DNA of 64,000 bases from positions 1 to 64,000 of the IMG/VR virus record IMGVR_UViG_3300037011_000606; one strand, written 5' to 3'. Source of the DNA: a virus. The notes beneath the pieces were generated by a model. It was not told the origin of the DNA. It saw nothing but the letters and a program-made list of their open reading frames with translations, and made no database searches. Shown in pieces: positions 25,874-34,491 of this stretch (position 1 is its first letter; each line of letters opens with the position of its first letter). A program made the translations under genes and the position numbers.

Positions 25874-26606
25874 ACAATCAGTGCCTTGGGATTTTACAAC
25901 GATGCCCCTGAGTAAGTCTGCATGTCAGACATATGAACAATGCAGATATAGGTTTAAGTTGCAGGTTATAGATAAGCATCACGAGGAGAGGGGAGATCAG
26001 CTAATTAAAGGCTCTATGTGGCATGAGTTACTATACAACTTATATGGTCTAGTTAATAGGGATAATATAATGAAGTCTAGGAAGGTAGATGAGGAATATA
26101 GGAAACATTTGCCAGAGAGTAACATTACGGATAATTTCATTAGTATAGAAAATGAGAGACTGAACCACTTCATAGAGATGGGGAAGCATGAATACTTTTG
26201 GCCGATATTACTCGAGCAGTTCTACCATGACCCAAAGTGGCAGTACTTCGGGACACTAGACCGATTGGATAAGGACCCTGAAGGTTTCTATGTGGTTATA
26301 GATTATAAGACAGGGAAGTATCATGATTATGCTTTGTCGAAGTATAGAAGCGAACTGGCGGGGTATAAGCATTTGGTAGAGGCTAACACTAAGATGAAGG
26401 TGAAGGCTGGATGTATATTCTTCTTAGAGGAGAAGAAGTTGCTCTATGAGGAAATCAAATCGGTAACGATTGACGCATTTTATAAGAAGTTACTTAGGAT
26501 AAGGGATAGAGTTAAAGGCGGACACTTTGAGAAGAATATCAATCAGCTCTGTGATTATTGTCCATTTGCTATAGATTGTCTCTCGGAAATGGATCCGGTG
26601 GTGTAA
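25863..26606 (+). CDS. Cas4/RecB-like PD-(D/E)xK exonuclease
   Basis: LSKS...QC...GSMWH...GTLDRLD...IDYKTG...CDYCPF..C. Confidence 0.9.
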   Translation: MPDRQSVPWDFTTMPLSKSACQTYEQCRYRFKLQVIDKHHEERGDQLIKGSMWHELLYNLYGLVNRDNIMKSRKVDEEYRKHLPESNITDNFISIENERLNHFIEMGKHEYFWPILLEQFYHDPKWQYFGTLDRLDKDPEGFYVVIDYKTGKYHDYALSKYRSELAGYKHLVEANTKMKVKAGCIFFLEEKKLLYEEIKSVTIDAFYKKLLRIRDRVKGGHFEKNINQLCDYCPFAIDCLSEMDPVV

Positions 26607-26813
26607 ATGTATTTGTCTATTGGAGATAGGTTAGATGGGCAAATGATCGTCGGAAAAGGAGCTCGCGGGAATATGTTTGTTAAGCATAGAGGGATAATAG
26701 TGTTTATCAAGGGGCCGCCGGAAGCTATCAAGAATTTGAAAGAGGGAGATAAGGTAAGTATAAAGATTATTGAGACTCAGAAGAACTTCGCAGAGGCAGA
26801 GGTGTTAGTGTGA
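26607..26813 (+). CDS. single TRAM-domain RNA-binding protein
   Basis: GKGARGNMFVKHRGIIVFIKG...GDKVSIKIIETQKNFAEAEV. Confidence 0.8.
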   Translation: MYLSIGDRLDGQMIVGKGARGNMFVKHRGIIVFIKGPPEAIKNLKEGDKVSIKIIETQKNFAEAEVLV

Positions 26814-27028
26814 ATATGTTTAAAGGGAGATGTCCATACTGCCAACGAATCACCCCTGTGGGTAAGAGTCAATGGTATACCTCAGTTAAATGTCAATGGT
26901 GTGGTATGAAGTTCGTACCATTTGCAACTGAGAGGAAGGACATAACGACCAGTGATATTTATAAGAAGAATGTGGCGAAGAGTTTGGAAGGAGCTAAAGT
27001 AAAATTCCTACCAAGGCAGGTGATTTGA
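26810..27028 (+). CDS. Zn-ribbon protein
   Basis: CPYC...CQWCG. Confidence 0.6.
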   Translation: MNMFKGRCPYCQRITPVGKSQWYTSVKCQWCGMKFVPFATERKDITTSDIYKKNVAKSLEGAKVKFLPRQVI

Positions 27029-27273
27029 TGAGGCATTTATGCAAGTGTAGACAATCTTTGATGGAGAGTACGAAAGACTTAATCGTGGATATGGAGAATG
27101 GAAAGAAAGTAAAGTTAATGTTGTTGAATTGTCATAAGTGTGGGGGTTTCGAATGCTTGCCCTTAGAAGATTTCGAAAGGGTAATGCTCCATGCCGCTCC
27201 AGACTCGAAGAAAGAGCTAAAGGAGAAGTTTGAAATAGATTGTGATGTAATATTAGAGGAGATGAAAAAATGA
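27025..27273 (+). CDS. Zn-ribbon protein
   Basis: CKC...CHKCG. Confidence 0.6.
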   Translation: MMRHLCKCRQSLMESTKDLIVDMENGKKVKLMLLNCHKCGGFECLPLEDFERVMLHAAPDSKKELKEKFEIDCDVILEEMKK

Positions 27274-27770
27274 GAATAGTGACTGAACAAGAGATAGCGG
27301 GCGCCCACTTCCTACCCAACTACGATGGGAAGTGTAAGAATCTGCATGGACACAACTGGCTGGTTAAAGTGGCTTTGGAAGGAATCCCATTGGATGATGG
27401 ACCCAATCAAGGGATGCTGCTTGACTTCTCAACCATTAAGAATACGATTAATGAGTTTGATCATAAGAGCTTGAATGATGTATTAGAGAACCCGACCGCT
27501 GAGAATATCTCCATATTGCTGTGCAGAAAGCTTATGGAAGTAGTGGATGATAATATAGCAAGGATCACGGTTCGGGTTTACGAGACCTCTAAAGGCTACG
27601 CGGAAATATGCAGTGATGATAAGATCATAATGGCGAGGGAAGAGGAAGAAGAAGAAGAGGCCGCGGCAGTTGAAGCTGTTCAGAAGGCAAGAGAGGCGGA
27701 TAAGGATATAGAGAGGGAAGGTGAAGAGGAAGAGGGAGGCGACAATAATGACGATGCTGAAAGTGAATGA
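27270..27770 (+). CDS. queD: 6-carboxy-5,6,7,8-tetrahydropterin synthase with acidic tail
   Basis: AHFLPNYDGKCKNLHGHNW, DF, DHKSLN, PTAEN, VYET. Confidence 0.95.
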   Translation: MRIVTEQEIAGAHFLPNYDGKCKNLHGHNWLVKVALEGIPLDDGPNQGMLLDFSTIKNTINEFDHKSLNDVLENPTAENISILLCRKLMEVVDDNIARITVRVYETSKGYAEICSDDKIIMAREEEEEEEAAAVEAVQKAREADKDIEREGEEEEGGDNNDDAESE

Positions 27771-28494
27771 GATATTCAAGTCGGTACAGGGAGAATCTAC
27801 ATTGGCGGGACAACAGACCATATTCGTCAGGTTGTCTGGGTGTAATCTCAACTGTACTTGGTGTGATACTAAGTATGCGAAGGTAGGACGTTTGATGACT
27901 GTTAAAGAGATAATGAAAGAGATGGCAGAGGTTGGCTACACTGGATTTGTCTGCGTAACTGGAGGAGAGCCCCTGACTCAAGATATTCAGTTGTTAGTCA
28001 ATACTCTAAGAATAGAGGAGAATCAATATATTAGTGTGGAGACTAATGGAAGTCAGTCTCTAGTACCTAATTGTAGGATGGTTTGCGCACAGAAGATGGT
28101 AGTAGATTGTAAGGGGCCGTCGAGTTTCAAGACGCCTAAGCTCAAGTGGGACTATGATGCGAGATTCTCAAAGGTGGTAGATGAATTAAGAACCCGCCAA
28201 AACTATCCGGAGTTTCATGATGAGATAAAGTTCGTTATCGCTGATAGAAAGGATTATGACTCCGCGAAGGCTTGGCTAAAGTACATTGCAACTAAGTTAA
28301 GATATATAGAGAAGGAGGGCTGCTTCATACCCAATATTCTCTTTTCGCCGGTTATAGTTAAAGGCAAAGATAGAAAGATAGTGAGGAAGTTGGCCGAGTG
28401 GATGGTGGCTGATATAGATAATAAGGAGTTGACACCCAAGTATCAACTGCAACTGCATAAGTACATTTGGCCAGAGGTTAAGCGAGGGGTTTAG
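27748..28494 (+). CDS. queE: 7-carboxy-7-deazaguanine synthase (radical SAM)
   Basis: EIFKSVQGE, FVRLSGCNLNCTWCDT, TGGEP, ETNG, QLHKYIW. Confidence 0.95.
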   Translation: MTMLKVNEIFKSVQGESTLAGQQTIFVRLSGCNLNCTWCDTKYAKVGRLMTVKEIMKEMAEVGYTGFVCVTGGEPLTQDIQLLVNTLRIEENQYISVETNGSQSLVPNCRMVCAQKMVVDCKGPSSFKTPKLKWDYDARFSKVVDELRTRQNYPEFHDEIKFVIADRKDYDSAKAWLKYIATKLRYIEKEGCFIPNILFSPVIVKGKDRKIVRKLAEWMVADIDNKELTPKYQLQLHKYIWPEVKRGV

Positions 28495-28893
28495 ATGAAG
28501 TTAAGCTGGCTCGATGTACAACAGTCAATAGATAGACTAACCAAGTACTTGGAGCTAAGACACGCCAGTGAATCTCTACATAAGCATACTATCCTTGGAG
28601 TAGTAAGAGGGGGTTTGATCCCCGCGGTAATGTTATCGCATAGACTAACCGATACCTTCTTCGATACTATAATCGTGGAAGATCATAATGAGCTTAAGGG
28701 TAGGTATATAGTTGTAGATGATATATGTGATACTGGGAAGACGTTCCGATCTCTTAAGAGAAGGTTGCCGAATGAGGATAATATATTTTGTTGCTTGGTG
28801 TATAAACAGCATAGTAAGTTTGTACCAGACTTTTCTGGTATTGTGACTAATTCAAAGGAATGGGTTGTATTTCCGTGGGAGGAAGATAAATGA
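28495..28893 (+). CDS. type I purine phosphoribosyltransferase (Gpt/XGPRT-like)
   Basis: GVVRGGLIPA, VVDDICDTGKT, WVVFPWE. Confidence 0.9.
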   Translation: MKLSWLDVQQSIDRLTKYLELRHASESLHKHTILGVVRGGLIPAVMLSHRLTDTFFDTIIVEDHNELKGRYIVVDDICDTGKTFRSLKRRLPNEDNIFCCLVYKQHSKFVPDFSGIVTNSKEWVVFPWEEDK

Positions 28894-29699
28894 ACACGCC
28901 AGATGTACAGAGTAGAGAGGATAAGAGAGAATTAAATATTGATATGGTGGGTGTAAAGGGAGTCGAGTGGCCGATTAAGCTGAAAGATAAAACTTTAGGG
29001 ATTCAGTATACCTCGGGCAAGTTCAACATGTATGTGAGTTTGCCCAAGTCGCAGAAAGGTACTCATATGAGTAGGTTTGTGGAGGCCTTAGCCAAATTCA
29101 CGAAGGAGGAGAGTTTCTTTTCGATGGATGTTATGGTCGATGAGATCGCTCCGTATATAAGAGAGTTGCTGGAGTCTTTGACTGTTTATCTGGAATGTGA
29201 ATTTACGTATTTTATCAATGTAACATCTCCAGAGACGTTAATAGGAAGCAAGCTACCCATTCGATGTTGCTTCGTTACGGAAGGGAGCAAAGATCACTCG
29301 AGAAAGGTAGTTGAGGTCAAGGTCCCGGTAAATACTCTATGTCCCTGCTCTCAAGAGATGAGTGAGAATCCACATAATCAAAGAGGGATTGTGACGATAC
29401 AAGCGGATGTTAACGCTTTCGTCTGGATAGAGGAACTTGTAGAGATTGCACAGAGAGCTGGCTCATGCGAAATATATCCACTTCTCAAGCGACCCGATGA
29501 AAAGTGGGTGATGGATAAGTCAGCTACGAGGCCAAGGTTTGTAGAAGATGTGGTAAGAGAAGCCTCTCTAGAGCTAATCAAAGATAAAAGGATCGATATT
29601 TTTAACGTTGAATGTGAGAATATGGAGAGTATACATCCGCATAGCGCATTTGCAAGTATTGAATGGCGGAGGTTTATGCATGAGGGAAAAGAACAGTAG
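28890..29699 (+). CDS. folE2: GTP cyclohydrolase IB (FolE2/MptA family)
   Basis: PDVQ, KGTHMSRF, LCPCS, PHNQR, LLKRPDE, FVEDVVR, ESIHPH. Confidence 0.95.
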   Translation: MNTPDVQSREDKRELNIDMVGVKGVEWPIKLKDKTLGIQYTSGKFNMYVSLPKSQKGTHMSRFVEALAKFTKEESFFSMDVMVDEIAPYIRELLESLTVYLECEFTYFINVTSPETLIGSKLPIRCCFVTEGSKDHSRKVVEVKVPVNTLCPCSQEMSENPHNQRGIVTIQADVNAFVWIEELVEIAQRAGSCEIYPLLKRPDEKWVMDKSATRPRFVEDVVREASLELIKDKRIDIFNVECENMESIHPHSAFASIEWRRFMHEGKEQ

Positions 29700-30297
29700 C
29701 TGTGAAACATGCACTCTGAATAAAGAGTGTTGGGTCCCATCCGAAGGAGTTATTCCTAATGACATAATGTTTGTAGGTGAGGCTCCTGGAGAAAGGGAAA
29801 TACAATTGGGTAAACCTTTCGTTGGAAATGCAGGAAGGATGTTAGCAGATATATTTCTAAGGTTGAATATTAATAGATCAGAGGTCTATATAACAAACTC
29901 ATGTATGTGTAGGCCACCTCATAATAGAACGCCAAGTCCATTAGAGGTAGCATGTTGTAGAGAGTCATTGTATGCGGAAATAATCAAAGTGAACCCTATA
30001 GTGATAGTTGCTCTCGGCCGAACAGCATACACATCGATTATGAATGTTGGTCAAGCAATAACACCAACGCTCGAAGAAAATCATGGATATATATATCCTG
30101 TCATGATCGGCGAACCGAGGAAGTTGCTGTATACCTACCACCCCCAGGCTTGCAGCTACTCTATCATAAGTAAAGAGAGATGTAAGGACGATTTGAGAAG
30201 ACTACCTAAGATATTAGACCTCCCTAGAGATATGGTGATTGTGGATAATCGAAGAGGTGACACTCATGGACAAGTTCGCCAAGACCGAATTGACTAG
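29680..30297 (+). CDS. udg: uracil-DNA glycosylase family 4 (Fe-S)
   Basis: CxxC, FVGEAPG, PFVG.AG, ITN..MCRPP.NR.P, YHP. Confidence 0.9.
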   Translation: MREKNSSCETCTLNKECWVPSEGVIPNDIMFVGEAPGEREIQLGKPFVGNAGRMLADIFLRLNINRSEVYITNSCMCRPPHNRTPSPLEVACCRESLYAEIIKVNPIVIVALGRTAYTSIMNVGQAITPTLEENHGYIYPVMIGEPRKLLYTYHPQACSYSIISKERCKDDLRRLPKILDLPRDMVIVDNRRGDTHGQVRQDRID

Positions 30298-30505
30298 GAG
30301 AATGCGAGAGGTGTTTGGGAATAGGCAGAGATTCGCCTGCCAACGTACCCAGTGCAATCATAATAAGAAAGAGGTTTGTTATAGCAAGCTCGATTATCCA
30401 TGTAGAGAGGTTCTGCCCACCTATCTCTTACAGATGTTTGACAGGGCAGTAGAAATAGCAGAGAAGGATGACGATCCAATTCAAAAGAAGTTGGGGGAGT
30501 TCTAA
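30266..30505 (+). CDS. hypothetical Cys-containing protein
   Basis: GAGGTGA RBS before MDKFAK. Confidence 0.55.
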   Translation: MDKFAKTELTRRMREVFGNRQRFACQRTQCNHNKKEVCYSKLDYPCREVLPTYLLQMFDRAVEIAEKDDDPIQKKLGEF

Positions 30506-30705
30506 TGGGAGGGTATTATGTCATTGGGTATAAGGTATATGATAATTTCACCGGGGGAAGAGACCCTATATTAGTCGGTCCATTTAACGATGCTAGGGAA
30601 GCACATCATTGGTGTTTTAATCATGGACATAAGGTAGAGTTCGAACAGTTTTCGCCAAAGGAAATTGTAGAAGCGATAGATCCTAAGACTATTAAAGGTG
30701 ATTAG
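30505..30705 (+). CDS. hypothetical protein
   Basis: TAATG coupling. Confidence 0.55.
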   Translation: MGGYYVIGYKVYDNFTGGRDPILVGPFNDAREAHHWCFNHGHKVEFEQFSPKEIVEAIDPKTIKGD

Positions 30706-30871
30706 ATGACGAGGAACGTTAGAATTTGGATTGATGTAGGAGATAGACCAGTTGATGGACCTAAGGGAACGATAGCTATACACGATATTATAAACAAGGC
30801 TATGAAGAAGGCGGGCTTTGTTAAGAATAAGGATTACACCGATGGAAATGATGTTGACGATAGGTGATCTT

Positions 30872-31168
30872 GTGAAGATATTCTCTGAGACTGTGATAAA
30901 GGTCCAAATACCTTTACCAAGGGAAAATGTTATAGATAGTATATTGCATGCATGTAATAAGCTAGTTGAGCTAATGAATGAGGATCCTGATATTATTGCC
31001 ATATCTCCACAGGTGTATGAGGAATTTTGTCGTAGTCAGTGGAGCAGCATATATAAATTCATGACAATAGTCGGAGATAGTGTAGCCGGCATACCTATCA
31101 AGGTAGATAAGGGTGTAGAGAATAACACCGTGGAGATAAGATCAAAGCCAAAGAGAGTGGATTTATGA
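30872..31168 (+). CDS. stand-alone HK97-capsid A-domain-like protein
   Basis: aligns by eye with the A-domain of this genome's MCP; AGGTGA RBS before GTG (ORF is open from 30818). Confidence 0.5.
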   Translation: MKIFSETVIKVQIPLPRENVIDSILHACNKLVELMNEDPDIIAISPQVYEEFCRSQWSSIYKFMTIVGDSVAGIPIKVDKGVENNTVEIRSKPKRVDL

Positions 31169-31319
31169 GTTCGGCGAACCTAGTCCAAAGCTGTATGGGC
31201 TGCCCATACTTCTATGTGGATATGATAGTTGCATCTAATTTCACGGCTATACCTTACTGCCACTTACCCATCGGTACAATGTGTCCGAAGGTCACTCTCA
31301 TATATAAGGAGGATGGAAT

Positions 31320-32036
31320 ATGAAACCAAAGAGCAAGATAAGCAGTGCAATATGTCTTATATCTGGTGGGCTGGATTCCGCGACCGTTTTAGGGATACTG
31401 TTAGAACAAGGGTACAAGGTCTACCCGCGGACTTTCGATTACGGCCAGCTTCACAAGAGAGAGATTCAAAGTGCAAAGAACATAGTATCATACTACAAAG
31501 ACAAGTATCCTGGTCACCTGTTGCCTGTGGGGGTAGTAGAGCTGGGCGTCCTCAAGACGATCGGCGGATCGGCGCTCACTAACCACAACATAACCGTCCC
31601 TACCCAAAGAGACAATAGCGAGATGTCTTCCCATATTCCAGTGACCTACGTCCCAGGACGCAACACCATCCTATTATCCATAGCATTGTCCATCGCCGAA
31701 ACAGTAGACGCTGACCTTGTGGGCATAGGTGTTAACCATCTCGACTACTCCGGCTACCCAGACTGTCGCCCAGAGTATATAGAAGCGTTTAACAACTTAG
31801 CTAGACTGTCGAGCAAGCGCGCTGTAGAAGGTCATCCAATTAGAATCTACGCACCCTTACTCAAGCTCACAAAATCCGAAATTATAAAAAGGGGCACGGA
31901 GATCGGAGTTCCTTACCACCTGACGTGGTCCTGTTATCAGGGAGGAGGTAAACCCTGTGGAGTGTGCGACTCCTGTATACTCCGTGCCCAGGGCTTCAAA
32001 GAGGCAGGACTTGAAGACCCCGCAATTCGACCTTAA
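31320..32036 (+). CDS. queC: 7-cyano-7-deazaguanine (preQ0) synthase
   Basis: SGGLDS, FDYGQ, YVPGRN, YPDCRPE, TWSCY, CGVCDSC. Confidence 0.97.
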   Translation: MKPKSKISSAICLISGGLDSATVLGILLEQGYKVYPRTFDYGQLHKREIQSAKNIVSYYKDKYPGHLLPVGVVELGVLKTIGGSALTNHNITVPTQRDNSEMSSHIPVTYVPGRNTILLSIALSIAETVDADLVGIGVNHLDYSGYPDCRPEYIEAFNNLARLSSKRAVEGHPIRIYAPLLKLTKSEIIKRGTEIGVPYHLTWSCYQGGGKPCGVCDSCILRAQGFKEAGLEDPAIRP

Positions 32037-32092
32037 ACCAGTGAAACATACCAAACTTCCATCCCTCTTCGGTTTGTACTATCGGGCCTAAC

Positions 32093-32371
32093 TCATCCGC
32101 CATTTATCGTGCGGGCAAGTTCTTCAGGTGTTGGGGGTTCATCAACATACTCCCAATACCTTCCATATGCGGTATGTGGCGGATTCTTATGACTAACGCT
32201 GTTAGCTCGTTCAATCTGGCGACCGAACGAATCAGTCTTTGCTAAGTCCAAACTAACATATACCAGATTAATACAAGCAAATCTATCGTCACCATGAACC
32301 GCTGTAACGATAGCATTATTGCTCTTACTATATTCATCCACATATATTACCGCATCTCCGATTTTTGGCAT
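32093..32371 (-). CDS. hypothetical protein
   Basis: MPKIGDAVIY...; GGAGGTG RBS. Confidence 0.6.
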   Translation of the reverse strand: MPKIGDAVIYVDEYSKSNNAIVTAVHGDDRFACINLVYVSLDLAKTDSFGRQIERANSVSHKNPPHTAYGRYWEYVDEPPTPEELARTINGG

Positions 32372-32397
32372 GTTCCACCTCCTGTCCATTAAGGACC

Positions 32398-33513
32398 TTA
32401 AACCGGCGTCAACGTCAATGCCACATTAGCCACGCTACCAGAGGCCTTCTCCGCGACCCCCATAGCTATGTTCGACGTACCAGTGGGTGGACTCACTATC
32501 CCAATCTTCAAATTAGTGATATCCACCATCCACCCACCACTAACCCCATCGGTCTCTTCAGCATCATAGATACTATCTATGACCTTCATATACAATACAT
32601 CATCTCCAGCAGACAAACTGTTCAAATACGCTACTATCGAACTCTTTATCAAGTTCGCTGCATCTGCAGGTACTCCTGAATTTACAGTCACCGTCAATAG
32701 AACATATACCACTACGCCAGATACTCCATACCAAGTGACCGCAATCCCCGCGGGCCTAACATCATCGATCGCATCATCTACAACAGTATCCGGAGGAGTC
32801 TTCCCATCTATATAGGCTGTAACTGTGTGCAAAGTAGTATTCTCAGTTACCACACATCCCAATACTCCCACCACATCTAATATGGCTGCCCTTATCGCAG
32901 CTAACGTTCCGCCTGCAGTCTCTGTCAATCTATTCTTAGCTCTAATCCTATACGCTCCATCCTCTTCAATATCCTCGCCATCTTCAGCTGCAGCGATATT
33001 CGTTATGCTATTCACCCCAACAATGGGCACCTTAACCACGGTAATAGTCCCTGCTCCCACATTGCCAAACTCCCCATATACTGTGCAGGTACAATCAATA
33101 TCTATATACCCCCCTCCAGGTATTATTCCGCCATCATCCGTGGTAAACATCACTGGATCATCGCCAGATGTCTGAACTACAGTATCCTCAGGTATACTTG
33201 TTGCAGCAACTCCAGTGAATCTGACAACTACTGTTGCCACAGCGGCTGGGTGTCTAGTCACTCCTAGCAAAGCGCAAACACTATCGAGTGAGTTCCCTGT
33301 GGCGAAGTCCACATACCCATTATAATAGATAGCTTCAGCCATCTCCCATAGTTCCGCTTCTTCCAAAGCCTGAACTTCTAATAGCTTGAGCAAAGGCGAG
33401 GTCTCAGTCAAATCAACACTACTTCCAAAAAGCTCCATGGCTCTATTCTTCTTATCATTCAAAATCGCATCGTACGGTTTCGGATTAAAACCAGTCTGCA
33501 CTATTCCATACAT
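32398..33513 (-). CDS. baseplate J/gp47-like wedge protein
   Basis: ATGNSLD...GVTR..A; EEDGAYRIR; GTLAAI; RPAGI; YLNSLSAGDDV. Confidence 0.9.
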   Translation of the reverse strand: MYGIVQTGFNPKPYDAILNDKKNRAMELFGSSVDLTETSPLLKLLEVQALEEAELWEMAEAIYYNGYVDFATGNSLDSVCALLGVTRHPAAVATVVVRFTGVAATSIPEDTVVQTSGDDPVMFTTDDGGIIPGGGYIDIDCTCTVYGEFGNVGAGTITVVKVPIVGVNSITNIAAAEDGEDIEEDGAYRIRAKNRLTETAGGTLAAIRAAILDVVGVLGCVVTENTTLHTVTAYIDGKTPPDTVVDDAIDDVRPAGIAVTWYGVSGVVVYVLLTVTVNSGVPADAANLIKSSIVAYLNSLSAGDDVLYMKVIDSIYDAEETDGVSGGWMVDITNLKIGIVSPPTGTSNIAMGVAEKASGSVANVALTLTPV

Positions 33514-34491
33514 CTAAACACCTCCAAACTTCATCTGAATTTCTTCTCCACTCAACAACGTTATACTCAAATCCCAATATAACATCCTATCTTCCATCCT
33601 ATTATACTTCCCACTAACATACTTTGTAAACCTATACATCATGATCGCAGTCTGTATATTCTTAGCTATTAAGCTAGGCTCGGTACTTTGCATAGCGCTC
33701 TCTGCGTCGAACCCAAATGCCAAATGAAAGATGTCATCCCCTAACCCAGTTCTCATTAACACCTCAATATCCTGCTTCACCTTATCCACACCATACATCA
33801 TCATTAACCTATTCGATCCATCAAAGACCAAATCCATCTTGGTATCCAGCTTCAACGTCTTTCCGTATATCCCCTCATCTACCACCCTATCACCAATTGG
33901 CAGATCGGGCATGTTATAAGTAACCTCAAGAATAGGCTCTTGTCCGGGTACTGAAGGATTTCCCAAAGTCACATACTCATCGTTACCAAAGACAGGAGCG
34001 TCGCCAGAGATATCCCTGCTAGACATAATACATAGCTTAGTCCAACCACCTTTATTAATCCAGCTAATCCCCGTAGCATTCAACACAATATCATTATACA
34101 CACCAATATTAACAGCCGCGGCACTCAATGAGCCGCCATTGCCAGAATACAACGTCCTATCATAGTCTCCCAATACCACCGGATCATGTGGATAGTCTGG
34201 CTGCCCATTTAACACCACAACATTAAACCCAGCTCCTATCATGGCAGCTTGACCTAACAATTGAAGCTTAACCCCAGATATAATTGCGCCGGTAGGAATC
34301 GTTGAAGTATCAAATATCAACTCTCCACGATAAGTATAATACATCGGTGCGATAGTTACATATTGACCCACTTGAATATTCGCATAGATAGCCCATCCCA
34401 ATGCTGCAGTTCTGCAAGTTGGATAGTCCATATCTCTATTACAAAGAGTCTTACCCTTGCTCAAATTATCCTTAACAATTAATACGGTCAT
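33514..34491 (-). CDS. gp25/W-like baseplate (sheath initiator) protein fused to an N-terminal DNRLRE/CBM-like beta-sandwich
   Basis: N: FDTSTIPTGAIISGVKL...PILEVTY; C: DLVFD...KQDI...TGLGDDIFHLAFG. Confidence 0.6.
   Translation of the reverse strand: MTVLIVKDNLSKGKTLCNRDMDYPTCRTAALGWAIYANIQVGQYVTIAPMYYTYRGELIFDTSTIPTGAIISGVKLQLLGQAAMIGAGFNVVVLNGQPDYPHDPVVLGDYDRTLYSGNGGSLSAAAVNIGVYNDIVLNATGISWINKGGWTKLCIMSSRDISGDAPVFGNDEYVTLGNPSVPGQEPILEVTYNMPDLPIGDRVVDEGIYGKTLKLDTKMDLVFDGSNRLMMMYGVDKVKQDIEVLMRTGLGDDIFHLAFGFDAESAMQSTEPSLIAKNIQTAIMMYRFTKYVSGKYNRMEDRMLYWDLSITLLSGEEIQMKFGGV

Noticed and set aside
25863-26606. Cas4 as evidence of CRISPR-Cas or a mini-array
   Set aside because: No regularly spaced direct repeats or other cas genes were seen; stand-alone Cas4-like nucleases are common in archaeal virus replication modules.
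18569-32036. Archaeosine (dG+) or preQ1 as the final DNA modification
   Set aside because: No ArcS, QueF, QueF-like or GAT-QueC gene was recognised in this window; one could lie outside it or be supplied by the host.
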